NCBI GenBank assembly: GCA_010906935.1
Contig: JAAFHC010000001.1
Span: 3,157-67,156, forward strand
Reading direction: 5' to 3'
DNA from: Gelidibacter sp.
GTDB taxonomy: Bacteria; Bacteroidota; Bacteroidia; Flavobacteriales; Flavobacteriaceae
DNA length: 64,000 nt
Under the pieces are notes generated by a model. That model was not told where the DNA came from. It made no database searches and saw only the letters and a program-made list of their open reading frames with translations. Shown here one piece after another: positions 29,296 through 39,499 of this stretch. The translations under genes were made by a program, and so were the position numbers. The first letter of the stretch is position 1. Every line of letters starts with the position of its first letter.

Positions 29296-31848
29296 ATGAA
29301 GTTTATGAAGTGTTTAAACGTTGTAATTTTCCTCTTGTTTATGAATTTATTTTCAGCTTATTCACAAAAAAAAACTTCTTTTAATGAAAATAAATTGCAA
29401 ATTAATTGGGAATTGGTTGCCAATAATTACAAAAACGAAGTAAAGGCACTTTCTGCTTTTACGTTTACAAATCAGGAAAATACCGATTTTCCCGCTTCTG
29501 GTTGGACTATATATTTTAACAACTTCCAAAAAATTTATCCAAAATTATCGACAGACGATTTTATGATTTCACACTTAAATGGTGACCTATTTCAAATTAA
29601 ACCAACTAAAAATTTTCAAGGACTAAAAGCAAATCAAAGTTTCAGTTTTACATTGCTTTCAAGGGGATTACTGCTTAATTTAACCCGGGCGCCATCGGGA
29701 TTTTATATTGTTTGGGATGCCGCTCCGGAAAATGGTTATGGCATAAAAAACTATATTTTAAAACCAATTACAGACAATTCCATAAATTTTATAACGCCGG
29801 AAATCACTTTTAAAAATAACAAAGAAATAGAAGATATTCCACAGGAAAAATTGCCTAAAATTTTCCCAACTCCAAAATATTTCCAAGAAATTGTTGGTGT
29901 GTTTGTATTGGATAATAAGGTTATTATAAATGCAGAAGATGAATTTTTGGATGAAGCCAAATACCTTTCTAACGAGTTGGCTAAAGTTATTGAAAGTCAA
30001 ATTGCCATAAACCCAAACAGTTTTAAAGGAAAGCAAATCATATTAAAAAAAGCTGATTTAGGCAAAGAAGCATACATCCTTGACATTAAATCGGATAAAA
30101 TTGAGATTTCAGCATCAACTTCTGCAGGAATTTTTTACGGAATTCAATCCCTTAAATCCATTTTGCCTCCAGCGTCATGGAAAACGAAATCAGCCTCAAT
30201 TTCAATTGCCAATTGTTATGTAAAAGATGAACCTCGTTTTGAATTTAGAAGTTTTATGCTTGATGTGGCACGAAATTTTCAAACCAAAGAAACCGTTTTC
30301 AAAATTCTTGATGCTATGTCGTTGTATAAAATGAATGCATTTCATTTTCATTTCAGTGACGATGAAGGCTGGAGAATTGAAATCCCTTCATTGCCTGAAC
30401 TTACTAACGTTGGTTCAAATCGCGGTCATACGCTTAACAGTGTTTCGTTTTTGCCTGCGGCGTACGGATCGGGTCCAAATACAGGCGTTCATCCGGGAAG
30501 CGGCTATTATTCAAAACAGGATTTTATAGCTATTTTAAAATATGCCACGGAAAGACACATTATGGTTATCCCTGAAATTGAATCGCCGGGACATAGCCGC
30601 GCTGCTATAAAAGCAATGGATTTCCGCTACAATAAATTCATGAAACTCGGCAACAAAGTTGAAGCCGAACGGTATTTTCTTCGGGACATAAACGATAAAT
30701 CGGTTTACACTTCAGCACAAAATTGGACAGATAATGTGATGAATGTTGCCTTGCCTTCAACTTATAATTTTATGGAGAAGGTAATAGATGAAATATTGTT
30801 GATGTATAAAGAGGCCAATGCGCCAATTTCTACTATTCATATTGGCGGTGATGAAGTGCCAAAGGGAACTTGGGAACTTTCACCTTTGTGCAACAAACTC
30901 ATTAAGGAAAATGAGCATCTTAATACTACCGATGATCTTTGGTATTATTATATTGATAAAATGGAAAAAATGCTGTCTCAGCGTAAACTTTCACTTTCAG
31001 GTTGGGAAGAAATTGCCATGCGAAAAAGGGTTTTAGATGGAAGGAAAATGTATATTCCCAATCCGGATTTTGCCAATAAAGGGTTTAGGGCACATGTTTG
31101 GAATAATGTAATTGGCTGGGGTTCTGAAGATTTACCCTATAAATTAGCCAATGCAGGTTACAAAGTAATACTTTCCTGCGTAAGCAATTTGTATTTTGAT
31201 TTGCCTTACGAAAAATCGCCTGATGAACCGGGACATTATTGGGGCGGATTTAACGATATTGACAAACCTTTTTATTTTATTCCTCTCGATTATTATAAAA
31301 ACACCAAAGAAGATATTCAAGGAAATCCGATTGATTTTAGCTTGTTTAAAGGAAAAGAACGTTTAACCGAAGTCGGAAAATCGAATATTCTTGGAATTCA
31401 AGGTCAGCTTTTTAGTGAAAATGTGAGGAGCACAGAAATACTGGAGTATTTATTATTTCCGAAATTATTGGCATTGGCCGAGCGGAATTGGGTACAAAAT
31501 CCTTCTTGGGCCACTGAAAAAGACAAGGATAAAAGCAAAATTTTATATGATAAAGATTGGTCAATTTTTTTAAATGTCCTTGGCAAAAAGGAATTGCCTC
31601 GTTTAGATTATTATTTTGGCGGATATGATTATCGCATTCCTCCGGTTGGCGTTTTGATAGAAAACGGAAAAGTAACGGCCAATATTCAAATACCCGGATT
31701 TTCAATTCACTATACTACTGACGGTTCTGAACCAACAAACAACAGCGAAGTTTACATAACACCTATTGATAAAAAAGGAAAATTTTTGCTTGCTGCATTT
31801 TCAAAAAACGGAAGAAACGGAAGAATAACGAAAATAGAAAATAATTGA
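29296..31848 (+). CDS. Beta-N-acetylhexosaminidase, glycoside hydrolase family 20, secreted
   Basis: GH20 catalytic region (FHFHFSDDEGWR, HIGGDEV) and a C-terminal chitobiase-type domain. The start at MKFMKCLNVVIFLLF gives a signal peptide (the ORF opens at 29251). Confidence 0.9.
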   Translation: MKFMKCLNVVIFLLFMNLFSAYSQKKTSFNENKLQINWELVANNYKNEVKALSAFTFTNQENTDFPASGWTIYFNNFQKIYPKLSTDDFMISHLNGDLFQIKPTKNFQGLKANQSFSFTLLSRGLLLNLTRAPSGFYIVWDAAPENGYGIKNYILKPITDNSINFITPEITFKNNKEIEDIPQEKLPKIFPTPKYFQEIVGVFVLDNKVIINAEDEFLDEAKYLSNELAKVIESQIAINPNSFKGKQIILKKADLGKEAYILDIKSDKIEISASTSAGIFYGIQSLKSILPPASWKTKSASISIANCYVKDEPRFEFRSFMLDVARNFQTKETVFKILDAMSLYKMNAFHFHFSDDEGWRIEIPSLPELTNVGSNRGHTLNSVSFLPAAYGSGPNTGVHPGSGYYSKQDFIAILKYATERHIMVIPEIESPGHSRAAIKAMDFRYNKFMKLGNKVEAERYFLRDINDKSVYTSAQNWTDNVMNVALPSTYNFMEKVIDEILLMYKEANAPISTIHIGGDEVPKGTWELSPLCNKLIKENEHLNTTDDLWYYYIDKMEKMLSQRKLSLSGWEEIAMRKRVLDGRKMYIPNPDFANKGFRAHVWNNVIGWGSEDLPYKLANAGYKVILSCVSNLYFDLPYEKSPDEPGHYWGGFNDIDKPFYFIPLDYYKNTKEDIQGNPIDFSLFKGKERLTEVGKSNILGIQGQLFSENVRSTEILEYLLFPKLLALAERNWVQNPSWATEKDKDKSKILYDKDWSIFLNVLGKKELPRLDYYFGGYDYRIPPVGVLIENGKVTANIQIPGFSIHYTTDGSEPTNNSEVYITPIDKKGKFLLAAFSKNGRNGRITKIENN

Positions 31849-31931
31849 TCCTCAAAAGTTATAATTTTCCTAAAAGTTATGTTATCAAATACCATTTTTG
31901 TAAATTAACAAAAAATTAAAGGCAGCGCAAA

Positions 31932-33278
31932 TTGAATCCTTATATTCGATCTTTTATTTTTTCAACAATCCTCTTATTTATAGGAGCAGAAGCGATTTCT
32001 CAAAGTAATTTTAGACTTGAAAACGCTGCGGAAAGGCAATCTGTTTCGTTTAAACTTTCAAATAATTTAATTATATTTCCTATTGAAGTCAACGGAAGAC
32101 CTTTGAATTTTATATTGGATTCTGGCGTTGGCGCAACACTTTTGTTCAATTTATACGCCAAAGATTCTGTGATGCTTCATAACAAGGAGAAAGTCAGGTT
32201 ACAGGGCTTGGGAAGTGAAGAATCTGTTGAAGCGGTTTTGTCCAAAGGCAACTTATTTACCTTTGGCAATATTAAAGGCTTCAACCAAAGTTTATACCTG
32301 ATTTTGGATGACAGTTTCGATTTGTCCTCAAAGCTTGGAATTACGGTTCATGGGATTATTGGTTATGAAATTTTTAAAGATTTTGTTGTCGACATTAATT
32401 ATGGCACAAAACGCATCAATTTTTACATTCCAGATAAATTTAATCACAAAATTTGCAAAAAATGTGAAACGTTCGAGTTGGATTTTTTTAAATTAAAACC
32501 ATATATCAATGTGGGCGTTAAATTAGATGCTGTTTCTGCTAAAAGTATTCCCGTTAAATTGTTGATTGATTCTGGCGGAAGCGATGCTTTATGGCTGTTT
32601 GAAAATAGCCATCCCAACATTTTGTCGCCAAAAAAGTATTTCAATGATTTTCTGGGAGAAGGATTAAGTGGCGCTGTATATGGAAAAAGATCAAAAATTA
32701 ATGCTTTGGTGATTGGTAAATTTGAATTAAAAAATCCAACAGTCTCATTTCCTGATTCGTTGTCCATTTCATATGCGCGCCAGTTTGAAGAAAGAAACGG
32801 CAGTTTGGGCGCGGCTGTTTTAAAACGATTTAATGTGACATTTGATTATAGAAACAGGAAAATTTCCTTGAAAGCAGGAAGTTATTTTAAAGAACCATTC
32901 AGGTACAATATGAGTGGTATTGAGCTAGTTTATAACGGAAAACAGTTGGTAAAAGAACAAAATTATACTTCAATTGGTTTAACTGACAGCGACGTAGCCA
33001 ACAAACAAAATACTGTAATTTTAGATTATAACTATAAATATACTTTTAAGCCATCCTATAAAATTCATAGCATACGTGAAGGTTCTCCCGCATACAATGC
33101 CGGTTTGTTGGCTGGAGATATTGTGATAAAAATTAACGGAAAGTTTGCGTATGAATTGCCTCTGGATGAAATAATCGGAAAATTTTTCCAGAAAGAAAAC
33201 ACCAGAATATCATTGGTTGTAGAAAGAAATGGGAAAGATTATGAATACCATTTCTTATTAAAAGATATGCTTAAATAA
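31932..33278 (+). CDS. Secreted bilobal retropepsin-like aspartyl protease fused to a C-terminal PDZ domain
   Basis: 448 aa. TTG start plus signal peptide. Two D-S-G motifs (FILDSGVGATLLF and LLIDSGGSDALWLF). PDZ segment GSPAYNAGLLAGDIVIKINGK. Confidence 0.7.
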   Translation: MNPYIRSFIFSTILLFIGAEAISQSNFRLENAAERQSVSFKLSNNLIIFPIEVNGRPLNFILDSGVGATLLFNLYAKDSVMLHNKEKVRLQGLGSEESVEAVLSKGNLFTFGNIKGFNQSLYLILDDSFDLSSKLGITVHGIIGYEIFKDFVVDINYGTKRINFYIPDKFNHKICKKCETFELDFFKLKPYINVGVKLDAVSAKSIPVKLLIDSGGSDALWLFENSHPNILSPKKYFNDFLGEGLSGAVYGKRSKINALVIGKFELKNPTVSFPDSLSISYARQFEERNGSLGAAVLKRFNVTFDYRNRKISLKAGSYFKEPFRYNMSGIELVYNGKQLVKEQNYTSIGLTDSDVANKQNTVILDYNYKYTFKPSYKIHSIREGSPAYNAGLLAGDIVIKINGKFAYELPLDEIIGKFFQKENTRISLVVERNGKDYEYHFLLKDMLK

Positions 33279-33306
33279 AAATGACCTTCATTGCTGAAGG
33301 TCATTT
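33279..33306. terminator. Hairpin between convergent genes
   Basis: Perfect 12-bp stem aaatgaccttca / tgaaggtcattt with loop ttgc. No long T-run. Confidence 0.6.
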
Positions 33307-33326
33307 ATGATATCACTAATTTAAAT

Positions 33327-33731
33327 TTACTTTAATACAATGCCTTTAATTTGCAGCATTTTAACAGGTTCGTCCGCATTTGAAGCAACAGTAATGGATT
33401 TTGAAAAACCTCCAGGTCTGTTGGTGTCATATTTTACTTCAATTTCACCACTGTCACCAGGCATAATTGGCGCATCTGGTTTTTTTGGAACGGTGCAACC
33501 GCAACTTGATTTAATGTCGTTGATCACTAAGGGTGATTTTCCAACATTTTTAAATTTAAATGTGCGAACGCCATCAGCATTCAATGCGATTTTTCCATAA
33601 TCTATAACTTCTGTAACAAACTCAAATACAGGAGCATTTGGATCTTTAGGTTTTTCGGTTACTTGTTTTTCTTGGGCATTCATTGTGAATGTTAAAAATC
33701 CCAAAACGAATAATGTAATTATTTTTTTCAT
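33327..33731 (-). CDS. DUF1573 domain protein, secreted (paralogue of 4598-5050)
   Basis: 134 aa. Signal peptide. FEFVTEVIDYGKI...FKNVGKSPLVINDIKSSCGCTVPKKP. Confidence 0.85.
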   Translation of the reverse strand: MKKIITLFVLGFLTFTMNAQEKQVTEKPKDPNAPVFEFVTEVIDYGKIALNADGVRTFKFKNVGKSPLVINDIKSSCGCTVPKKPDAPIMPGDSGEIEVKYDTNRPGGFSKSITVASNADEPVKMLQIKGIVLK

Positions 33732-33837
33732 AATTTTCTATTTAATATGTAAAGTTAGTACTTTTTTTAAGTTTTCAAAAATATTTTATGGCTTATAATT
33801 GTACATTTGCAGACTGTATTACAAATAATATACCAAA

Positions 33838-36465
33838 ATGAGTTTATCAACAAAATATAGTCCAAAAGAAATAGAAAATAAATGGTACGATTACTGGATG
33901 AAGCATCATTATTTTCATTCAACACCCAATGAAAAAGAACCATACACCATTGTAATTCCGCCGCCAAACGTAACTGGCGTTTTACATATGGGGCATATGC
34001 TGAACAATACCATTCAGGATGTGTTGATTAGAAGGGCCAGATTGAAAGGGTTTAACGCTTGTTGGGTTCCCGGAACAGACCATGCGTCTATTGCAACTGA
34101 AGCTAAAGTTGTCGCTAAATTAAAAGAGCAAGGAATTCAGAAATCGGATTTAACGCGTGAAGAATTTTTAAAACGCGCTTGGGAATGGACGGATGAGCAT
34201 GGCGGAATTATTTTGGAACAACTTAAAAAATTGGGTGCTTCTTGCGATTGGGAACGCACAAAGTTCACAATGGACGAAGATTTAAGCGAATCTGTCATAA
34301 AAGTTTTTATTGATTTATATAAAAAAGGACTGATTTATCGTGGTTACAGAATGGTAAATTGGGATCCTTCCGCAAAAACCACATTGTCTGATGAAGAAGT
34401 AATTTATGAAGAAAAAGCGGGAAATCTATATTATTTAAAATACAAAATTGAAGACAGCAATGATTTTTTAACCATTGCAACCACGCGTCCGGAAACTATT
34501 TTTGGAGATACCGCTATTTGCATCAATCCAAACGATCCGCGTTTTTCGCATTTAAAAGGTAAAAAGGCCATTGTTCCAATTGCCAACAGGGTAATTCCCA
34601 TTATTGAAGATGATTATGTGGATATTGAATTTGGTACAGGTTGTTTAAAAGTAACGCCTGCGCACGATCCAAATGATAAAGTGTTGGGAGAAAAACACCA
34701 GTTGGAAGTGGTGGATATTTTTAATGATGACGCTACATTGAATTCATTTGGATTGCATTACGAAGGAAAAGACCGATTTGTTGTAAGGAAAGAAATTACC
34801 AAAGAATTGGAAAATTTAGGCAGTTTGGCCAAAATTGAATCTTATATCCATAAAGTAGGAACTTCAGAAAGAACCAAAGAAGTGATTGAACCTAAAATTT
34901 CTGCTCAATGGTTTTTAAAAATGGAAACTATTGTTAAACCGGCTTTAAAAGCGGTTTTGGAAGATGAAGAAATTCATTTTTTCCCGAAACACTATAACAG
35001 CACTTATCGCCATTGGTTAGAAAATATCAGAGATTGGAATATCTCGCGCCAACTTTGGTGGGGACACCGAATTCCTGCTTATTTTTATAGTGATGGTGTG
35101 AACGATTTTGTGGTGGCTTCAACCATGGAAGAAGCGGTTAAATTGGCTTCTGAAATTGTTGGAAAAAATTTAACGGCAAATGATATTACCCAAGATCCAG
35201 ATGCGTTAGACACCTGGTTTTCATCTTGGCTTTGGCCGATTTCTGTTTTTGACGGAATAAGATATCCTGACAATGAAGAAATTAACTACTATTACCCGAC
35301 CAACGATTTGGTGACGGGACCAGATATTATTTTCTTTTGGGTTGCCCGTATGATTTTTGCGGGTTATGAATTTAGAAATGAAAAACCATTTACCAATGTT
35401 TATTTTACGGGAATTGTTAGAGATAAACAAGGTAGAAAAATGTCAAAATCTTTAGGAAATTCTCCTGATCCAATTGAGTTGATTGAAAAATTTGGCGCAG
35501 ATGGCGTTCGTGTTGGAATGTTATTGTGTTCAGCAGCAGGAAATGATTTGTTGTTTGATGAAGATTTAGTTGCACAAGGGCGTAACTTCTCCAATAAAAT
35601 TTGGAATTCCTTCCGTTTAATTAAAGGATGGGAAGTTTCTGACACCATAGAACAACCAAAATCTGCCAAAGTGGCAATTGAATGGTACACTGCGAAATTT
35701 CAGCAAGCGTTAGGCGAACTTGAAAAATCGTTTGAACAATATCGAATCAGTGAAGCGTTAATGATTACCTATAAACTAATTTGGGACGATTTTTCTTCTT
35801 GGTTTTTAGAAATGGTGAAACCCGAATATCAGCAGCCAATTGATGCAAAAACATACAGTTCGGTTGTTGGTTTTTTGGAAGATAATTTAAAAATATTGCA
35901 TCCTTTTATGCCATTTTTATCAGAAGAAATTTGGCAAGATATCACAAACAGAACTCCTGAAGAAGCTTTGATCATTGCAGCATATCCAAAATCAACAGCA
36001 ATAAACGAAATTTTAATAAACGATTTTAAATTTGCATCAGAAGTGATTTCAGGAATTAGAACCATCAGAAAAGACCGGAATATTGCATTTAAAAATACCA
36101 TTGATCTTTTGGTAATTAACAATGAAAATACATCGAATTATTTTGATGCAGTTATTGAAAAACTAGGCAATATAACTTCCCTGACTTATGTTTCAGAAAA
36201 AGTGGAAGGTGCTTTAAGTTATAGGGTAAAATCTAACGAGTATTTTATTCCTATGGAATCTGATATTAATGTGGAAGAAGAAAAAGTCAAATTACTCGAA
36301 GAACTAAAATATACAGAAGGTTTTTTGCAATCGGTTCAAAAGAAATTGAGCAATGAACGTTTTGTAAATAGCGCTCCGGAACAGGTGATTGCAAACGAAC
36401 GCAACAAAGAAGCCGATGCTTTGGCTAAAATTGAAACAATAAAAGCGAGTTTGGCAAGTCTTTAA
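33838..36465 (+). CDS. valS: Valine--tRNA ligase
   Basis: 875 aa. HIGH-type motif ([12 protein letters not shown]), KMSKS and a C-terminal coiled coil. Confidence 0.96.
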   Translation: MSLSTKYSPKEIENKWYDYWMKHHYFHSTPNEKEPYTIVIPPPNVTGVLHMGHMLNNTIQDVLIRRARLKGFNACWVPGTDHASIATEAKVVAKLKEQGIQKSDLTREEFLKRAWEWTDEHGGIILEQLKKLGASCDWERTKFTMDEDLSESVIKVFIDLYKKGLIYRGYRMVNWDPSAKTTLSDEEVIYEEKAGNLYYLKYKIEDSNDFLTIATTRPETIFGDTAICINPNDPRFSHLKGKKAIVPIANRVIPIIEDDYVDIEFGTGCLKVTPAHDPNDKVLGEKHQLEVVDIFNDDATLNSFGLHYEGKDRFVVRKEITKELENLGSLAKIESYIHKVGTSERTKEVIEPKISAQWFLKMETIVKPALKAVLEDEEIHFFPKHYNSTYRHWLENIRDWNISRQLWWGHRIPAYFYSDGVNDFVVASTMEEAVKLASEIVGKNLTANDITQDPDALDTWFSSWLWPISVFDGIRYPDNEEINYYYPTNDLVTGPDIIFFWVARMIFAGYEFRNEKPFTNVYFTGIVRDKQGRKMSKSLGNSPDPIELIEKFGADGVRVGMLLCSAAGNDLLFDEDLVAQGRNFSNKIWNSFRLIKGWEVSDTIEQPKSAKVAIEWYTAKFQQALGELEKSFEQYRISEALMITYKLIWDDFSSWFLEMVKPEYQQPIDAKTYSSVVGFLEDNLKILHPFMPFLSEEIWQDITNRTPEEALIIAAYPKSTAINEILINDFKFASEVISGIRTIRKDRNIAFKNTIDLLVINNENTSNYFDAVIEKLGNITSLTYVSEKVEGALSYRVKSNEYFIPMESDINVEEEKVKLLEELKYTEGFLQSVQKKLSNERFVNSAPEQVIANERNKEADALAKIETIKASLASL

Positions 36466-36487
36466 ATTGGAAAAAAATATTAAAAAT

Positions 36488-36521
36488 AAAAAACGTGCTG
36501 TAAATTTACAGCACGTTTTTT
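36488..36521. terminator. Bidirectional rho-independent terminator (valS / ftcD convergent pair)
   Basis: A6, then the perfect 24-nt palindrome acgtgctgtaaatttacagcacgt, then T6. Confidence 0.85.
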
Positions 36522-36544
36522 ATTTTAGCAGTCAAAAACTAAAT

Positions 36545-38233
36545 TTACATTTTAGAATTTATATATTCCATGACTTCTTGCTCAACGGCAATTGCTTTTT
36601 GATATATTTTTTCACCTTTAGCTAAAATATCCTCTGCAAAAACGCGATCTTTTATGTCCTTTGCATTGATTCTTACATTAAAGTAAGCGCCAACTACGGC
36701 AGTTCTTGCGCACAATACACCAACACCGGCATCGGAAAGTGAATTTTGCATGCCTTCTTTTAACATCGCTTGCATCACTTCCATAGAATCGCAGGCAGTT
36801 TCCATCACCTGAAACGGAATTTCAGTTGCATAGATCGTCGCTTTTTCTATCGCTTGTTTGCGCGCTTCTTTTTCCTCATCAGTAGTTTTCGGCATTCTGA
36901 ATCCATCGATTATTTTATTAAAAGCATTGGTATCTTCATCTACCAACTGTAATAATTTATTTTTATAGGCCTGACCTTTTACTGCCCAATCGGAATAGAA
37001 TTCCCATTTGTCATCCCAACCAGCTTTGTGACTTGATAAATTGGCAACCATAGTTCCCAATGAAACCCCTAAAGCACCTACATAAGCAGAAATAGAACCG
37101 CCTCCGGGAGCAATGGATTCTGCTGCAGTTTCTTCGGCAAAACCACTTACCGTTAAATCAATCAGTTTTTTTGAATCTCCTTTAAGTAAATATTCAATAA
37201 TTTTTTCATTCGGATTGAAAGGTTTTAAATCATCTAAGCCAAGTGATTTTACAGCAATTTTTATTTTTTCTTCTTCTGAAATTCCTAAAGAACGCTGTTG
37301 TTTGCGTAAAAAATAATCTCCGGCGTCTAACATCGCCTTTAGAGGAATCAATCCAATTAATTCTGAGCCTGTAACGCGCAATCCTCTTTCAATCGCCGAC
37401 TTTTCGCTTTCATCAAAAGCGATGTGCATTGGTGTGATGTTGATATTGGTTAAATTGTAGGATATTTGGGCAATGCCATACTCTTCAATATACCAGCCAA
37501 TTCCTTTAACCGCTTTTAATTTTCCGGGAATTCGATCAGGTTCCCCATTTTTATCCAACATCATTTTTCCTGAAACACCATTTTCATATTTTACCCTTCC
37601 GGCTTCACGAATGTCAAAAGCAATGGCATTGGCTCTTCTGCTTGAAGTGGTATTTAAATTAACGTTGTAGGCAATTAAAAAATCACGTGCGGAAATGGCA
37701 ATAGCTCCTGATTTCGCAACAGATTCGTTAAATTCAGCAGGACCAAAATCGGGTTTCCATTCCGGATTTACCAATTTTTCTTTCAATCCTTCATATTCAC
37801 CGGCACGGCAATTGGCCAAATTTTTACGTTTTTCTTCTTTAGCGGCATTTTCATAATAATAACCTGGAATTCCCAATTCTTTACCTACGCGTTCACCTAA
37901 TTTATGGGCAAAAATAGCAGCTTCCTCTAAAGTAATTCCTGAGATTGGGACAAGAGGACAAACATCGGTGGCACCAAACCGAGGATGTTCTCCGGAATGT
38001 TTGCTCATATCTATTAATTCTGCTGCTTTTTTAATCACTCTGAAGGCAGCTTCAATCACATTTTCCGGTTCGCCAACAAAAGTAATTACCGTTCTGTTGG
38101 TTGCTTTTCCAGGGTCTACATCTAATAATTTAACGCCTTCAACAGTTTCAACAACGGCAGCAATGGCATTTATTTTGGCAATATCGCGACCTTCACTAAT
38201 ATTTGGTACGCATTCTATTAATTTTTTATTCAT
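36545..38233 (-). CDS. ftcD: Bifunctional glutamate formimidoyltransferase / formimidoyltetrahydrofolate cyclodeaminase
   Basis: 562 aa. N-terminal LIECVPNISEGRD formiminotransferase domains plus a C-terminal all-helical cyclodeaminase domain (APGGGSISAYVGALG). Confidence 0.88.
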   Translation of the reverse strand: MNKKLIECVPNISEGRDIAKINAIAAVVETVEGVKLLDVDPGKATNRTVITFVGEPENVIEAAFRVIKKAAELIDMSKHSGEHPRFGATDVCPLVPISGITLEEAAIFAHKLGERVGKELGIPGYYYENAAKEEKRKNLANCRAGEYEGLKEKLVNPEWKPDFGPAEFNESVAKSGAIAISARDFLIAYNVNLNTTSSRRANAIAFDIREAGRVKYENGVSGKMMLDKNGEPDRIPGKLKAVKGIGWYIEEYGIAQISYNLTNINITPMHIAFDESEKSAIERGLRVTGSELIGLIPLKAMLDAGDYFLRKQQRSLGISEEEKIKIAVKSLGLDDLKPFNPNEKIIEYLLKGDSKKLIDLTVSGFAEETAAESIAPGGGSISAYVGALGVSLGTMVANLSSHKAGWDDKWEFYSDWAVKGQAYKNKLLQLVDEDTNAFNKIIDGFRMPKTTDEEKEARKQAIEKATIYATEIPFQVMETACDSMEVMQAMLKEGMQNSLSDAGVGVLCARTAVVGAYFNVRINAKDIKDRVFAEDILAKGEKIYQKAIAVEQEVMEYINSKM

Positions 38234-38371
38234 TTTTTTTTCGTTTAACAGGTCAAATTTAGGCAGTATATTTCAATTTTTAAGCATTCTTTTTGAAATA
38301 AATAGGACACATTTAAGTGGTTTGACTAATTAGTTTTATTTTTGTTTAAATTATAAATCCAATATCTTTAA

Positions 38372-39418
38372 ATGAAGAAAGTATTAATTACCGGAATGGC
38401 AGGTTTTATTGGCCATCATTTGGCAAAACTGTTAGTGGAATCGAATTATGAAGTGGTTGGATTAGACAATATTAACGATTATTACGATCCTCAATTAAAA
38501 TATGCGCGTTTAAGAGACTTGGGTTTTGATACCGATACAATTGAATACAATAAGCTTCAAAAGTTAGACGCAATTTCCTTTATAAAATTGGATTTAACGG
38601 ATTTAATGCAATTAAAAAATCTTTTTAAAGAACAACAATTTGATTATGTGGTTAATTTAGCTGCTCAGGCAGGCGTTAGGTATTCTTTGGAAAATCCGCA
38701 CGCTTATGTGGACAGCAATATTACGGGTTTCTTAAATATTTTGGAAAGTTGCAGGGCTTTTCCTGTGGAACATTTATTGTTTGCTTCTTCAAGTTCCGTT
38801 TATGGCTTAAGCGAAGATATTCCTTTTCAGGAAGACAATTGTACCGATCATCCTTTGGCGATGTACGCCGTCAGTAAAAAGGCCAATGAAATGATGGCGC
38901 ATTCTTATGCCAATTTATACAACATTCCTTCAACGGGATTGCGATTTTTTACGGTGTATGGACCGTGGGGAAGACCAGATATGGCCTTGCATATTTTTAC
39001 GAAAGCCATTGTGGAGGACAAAGAATTTGAAGTGTTCAACAACGGAAATATGAGCCGCGATTTCACTTATGTGGGCGATATTGTTGAAAGCATAAAACGA
39101 TTAATTCCTTTGGCGCCAAAAGAAAACAATCCGAAGTTTAACCCAAAAAAAACAACTTCTTCAAAAAGCACAAAGCCTTATCAGATTTTTAATATCGGAA
39201 ATAACAGTCCGGTTGCTTTAATGGATTTTATAAAGGCCATAGAAAAAGCATTAGGCAAAAAAGGAAAAATGGTTTTTAAACCGATGCAGCCAGGCGATGT
39301 TCAAAGCACGTATGCCAATGTGGAAAGTTTATTCAACTATATTAATTTTAAACCGGAAACAAATATAGATGATGGTATTAAAGCTTTTGTTAAGAAGTAT
39401 TTAGAGCTTCATCCTTAG
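38372..39418 (+). CDS. NAD-dependent sugar-nucleotide epimerase (UDP-glucuronate 4-epimerase-like SDR)
   Basis: 348 aa. Rossmann motif ITGMAGFIGHH and catalytic YAVSKKANE (YxxxK). Confidence 0.85.
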   Translation: MKKVLITGMAGFIGHHLAKLLVESNYEVVGLDNINDYYDPQLKYARLRDLGFDTDTIEYNKLQKLDAISFIKLDLTDLMQLKNLFKEQQFDYVVNLAAQAGVRYSLENPHAYVDSNITGFLNILESCRAFPVEHLLFASSSSVYGLSEDIPFQEDNCTDHPLAMYAVSKKANEMMAHSYANLYNIPSTGLRFFTVYGPWGRPDMALHIFTKAIVEDKEFEVFNNGNMSRDFTYVGDIVESIKRLIPLAPKENNPKFNPKKTTSSKSTKPYQIFNIGNNSPVALMDFIKAIEKALGKKGKMVFKPMQPGDVQSTYANVESLFNYINFKPETNIDDGIKAFVKKYLELHP

Positions 39419-39440
39419 TTTTTTAAAATATTTGAGATAA

Positions 39441-39481
39441 AAAAAGAAGGCGTATTTAACAAAATACACCTTCTTTTTTTA
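39441..39481. terminator. Bidirectional terminator (epimerase / TonB-dependent receptor convergent pair)
   Basis: A-run, then agaaggcgtatt ... aatacaccttct (one mismatch), then T8. Confidence 0.75.
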
Positions 39482-39499
39482 TTTTACTTAAATTAAATT

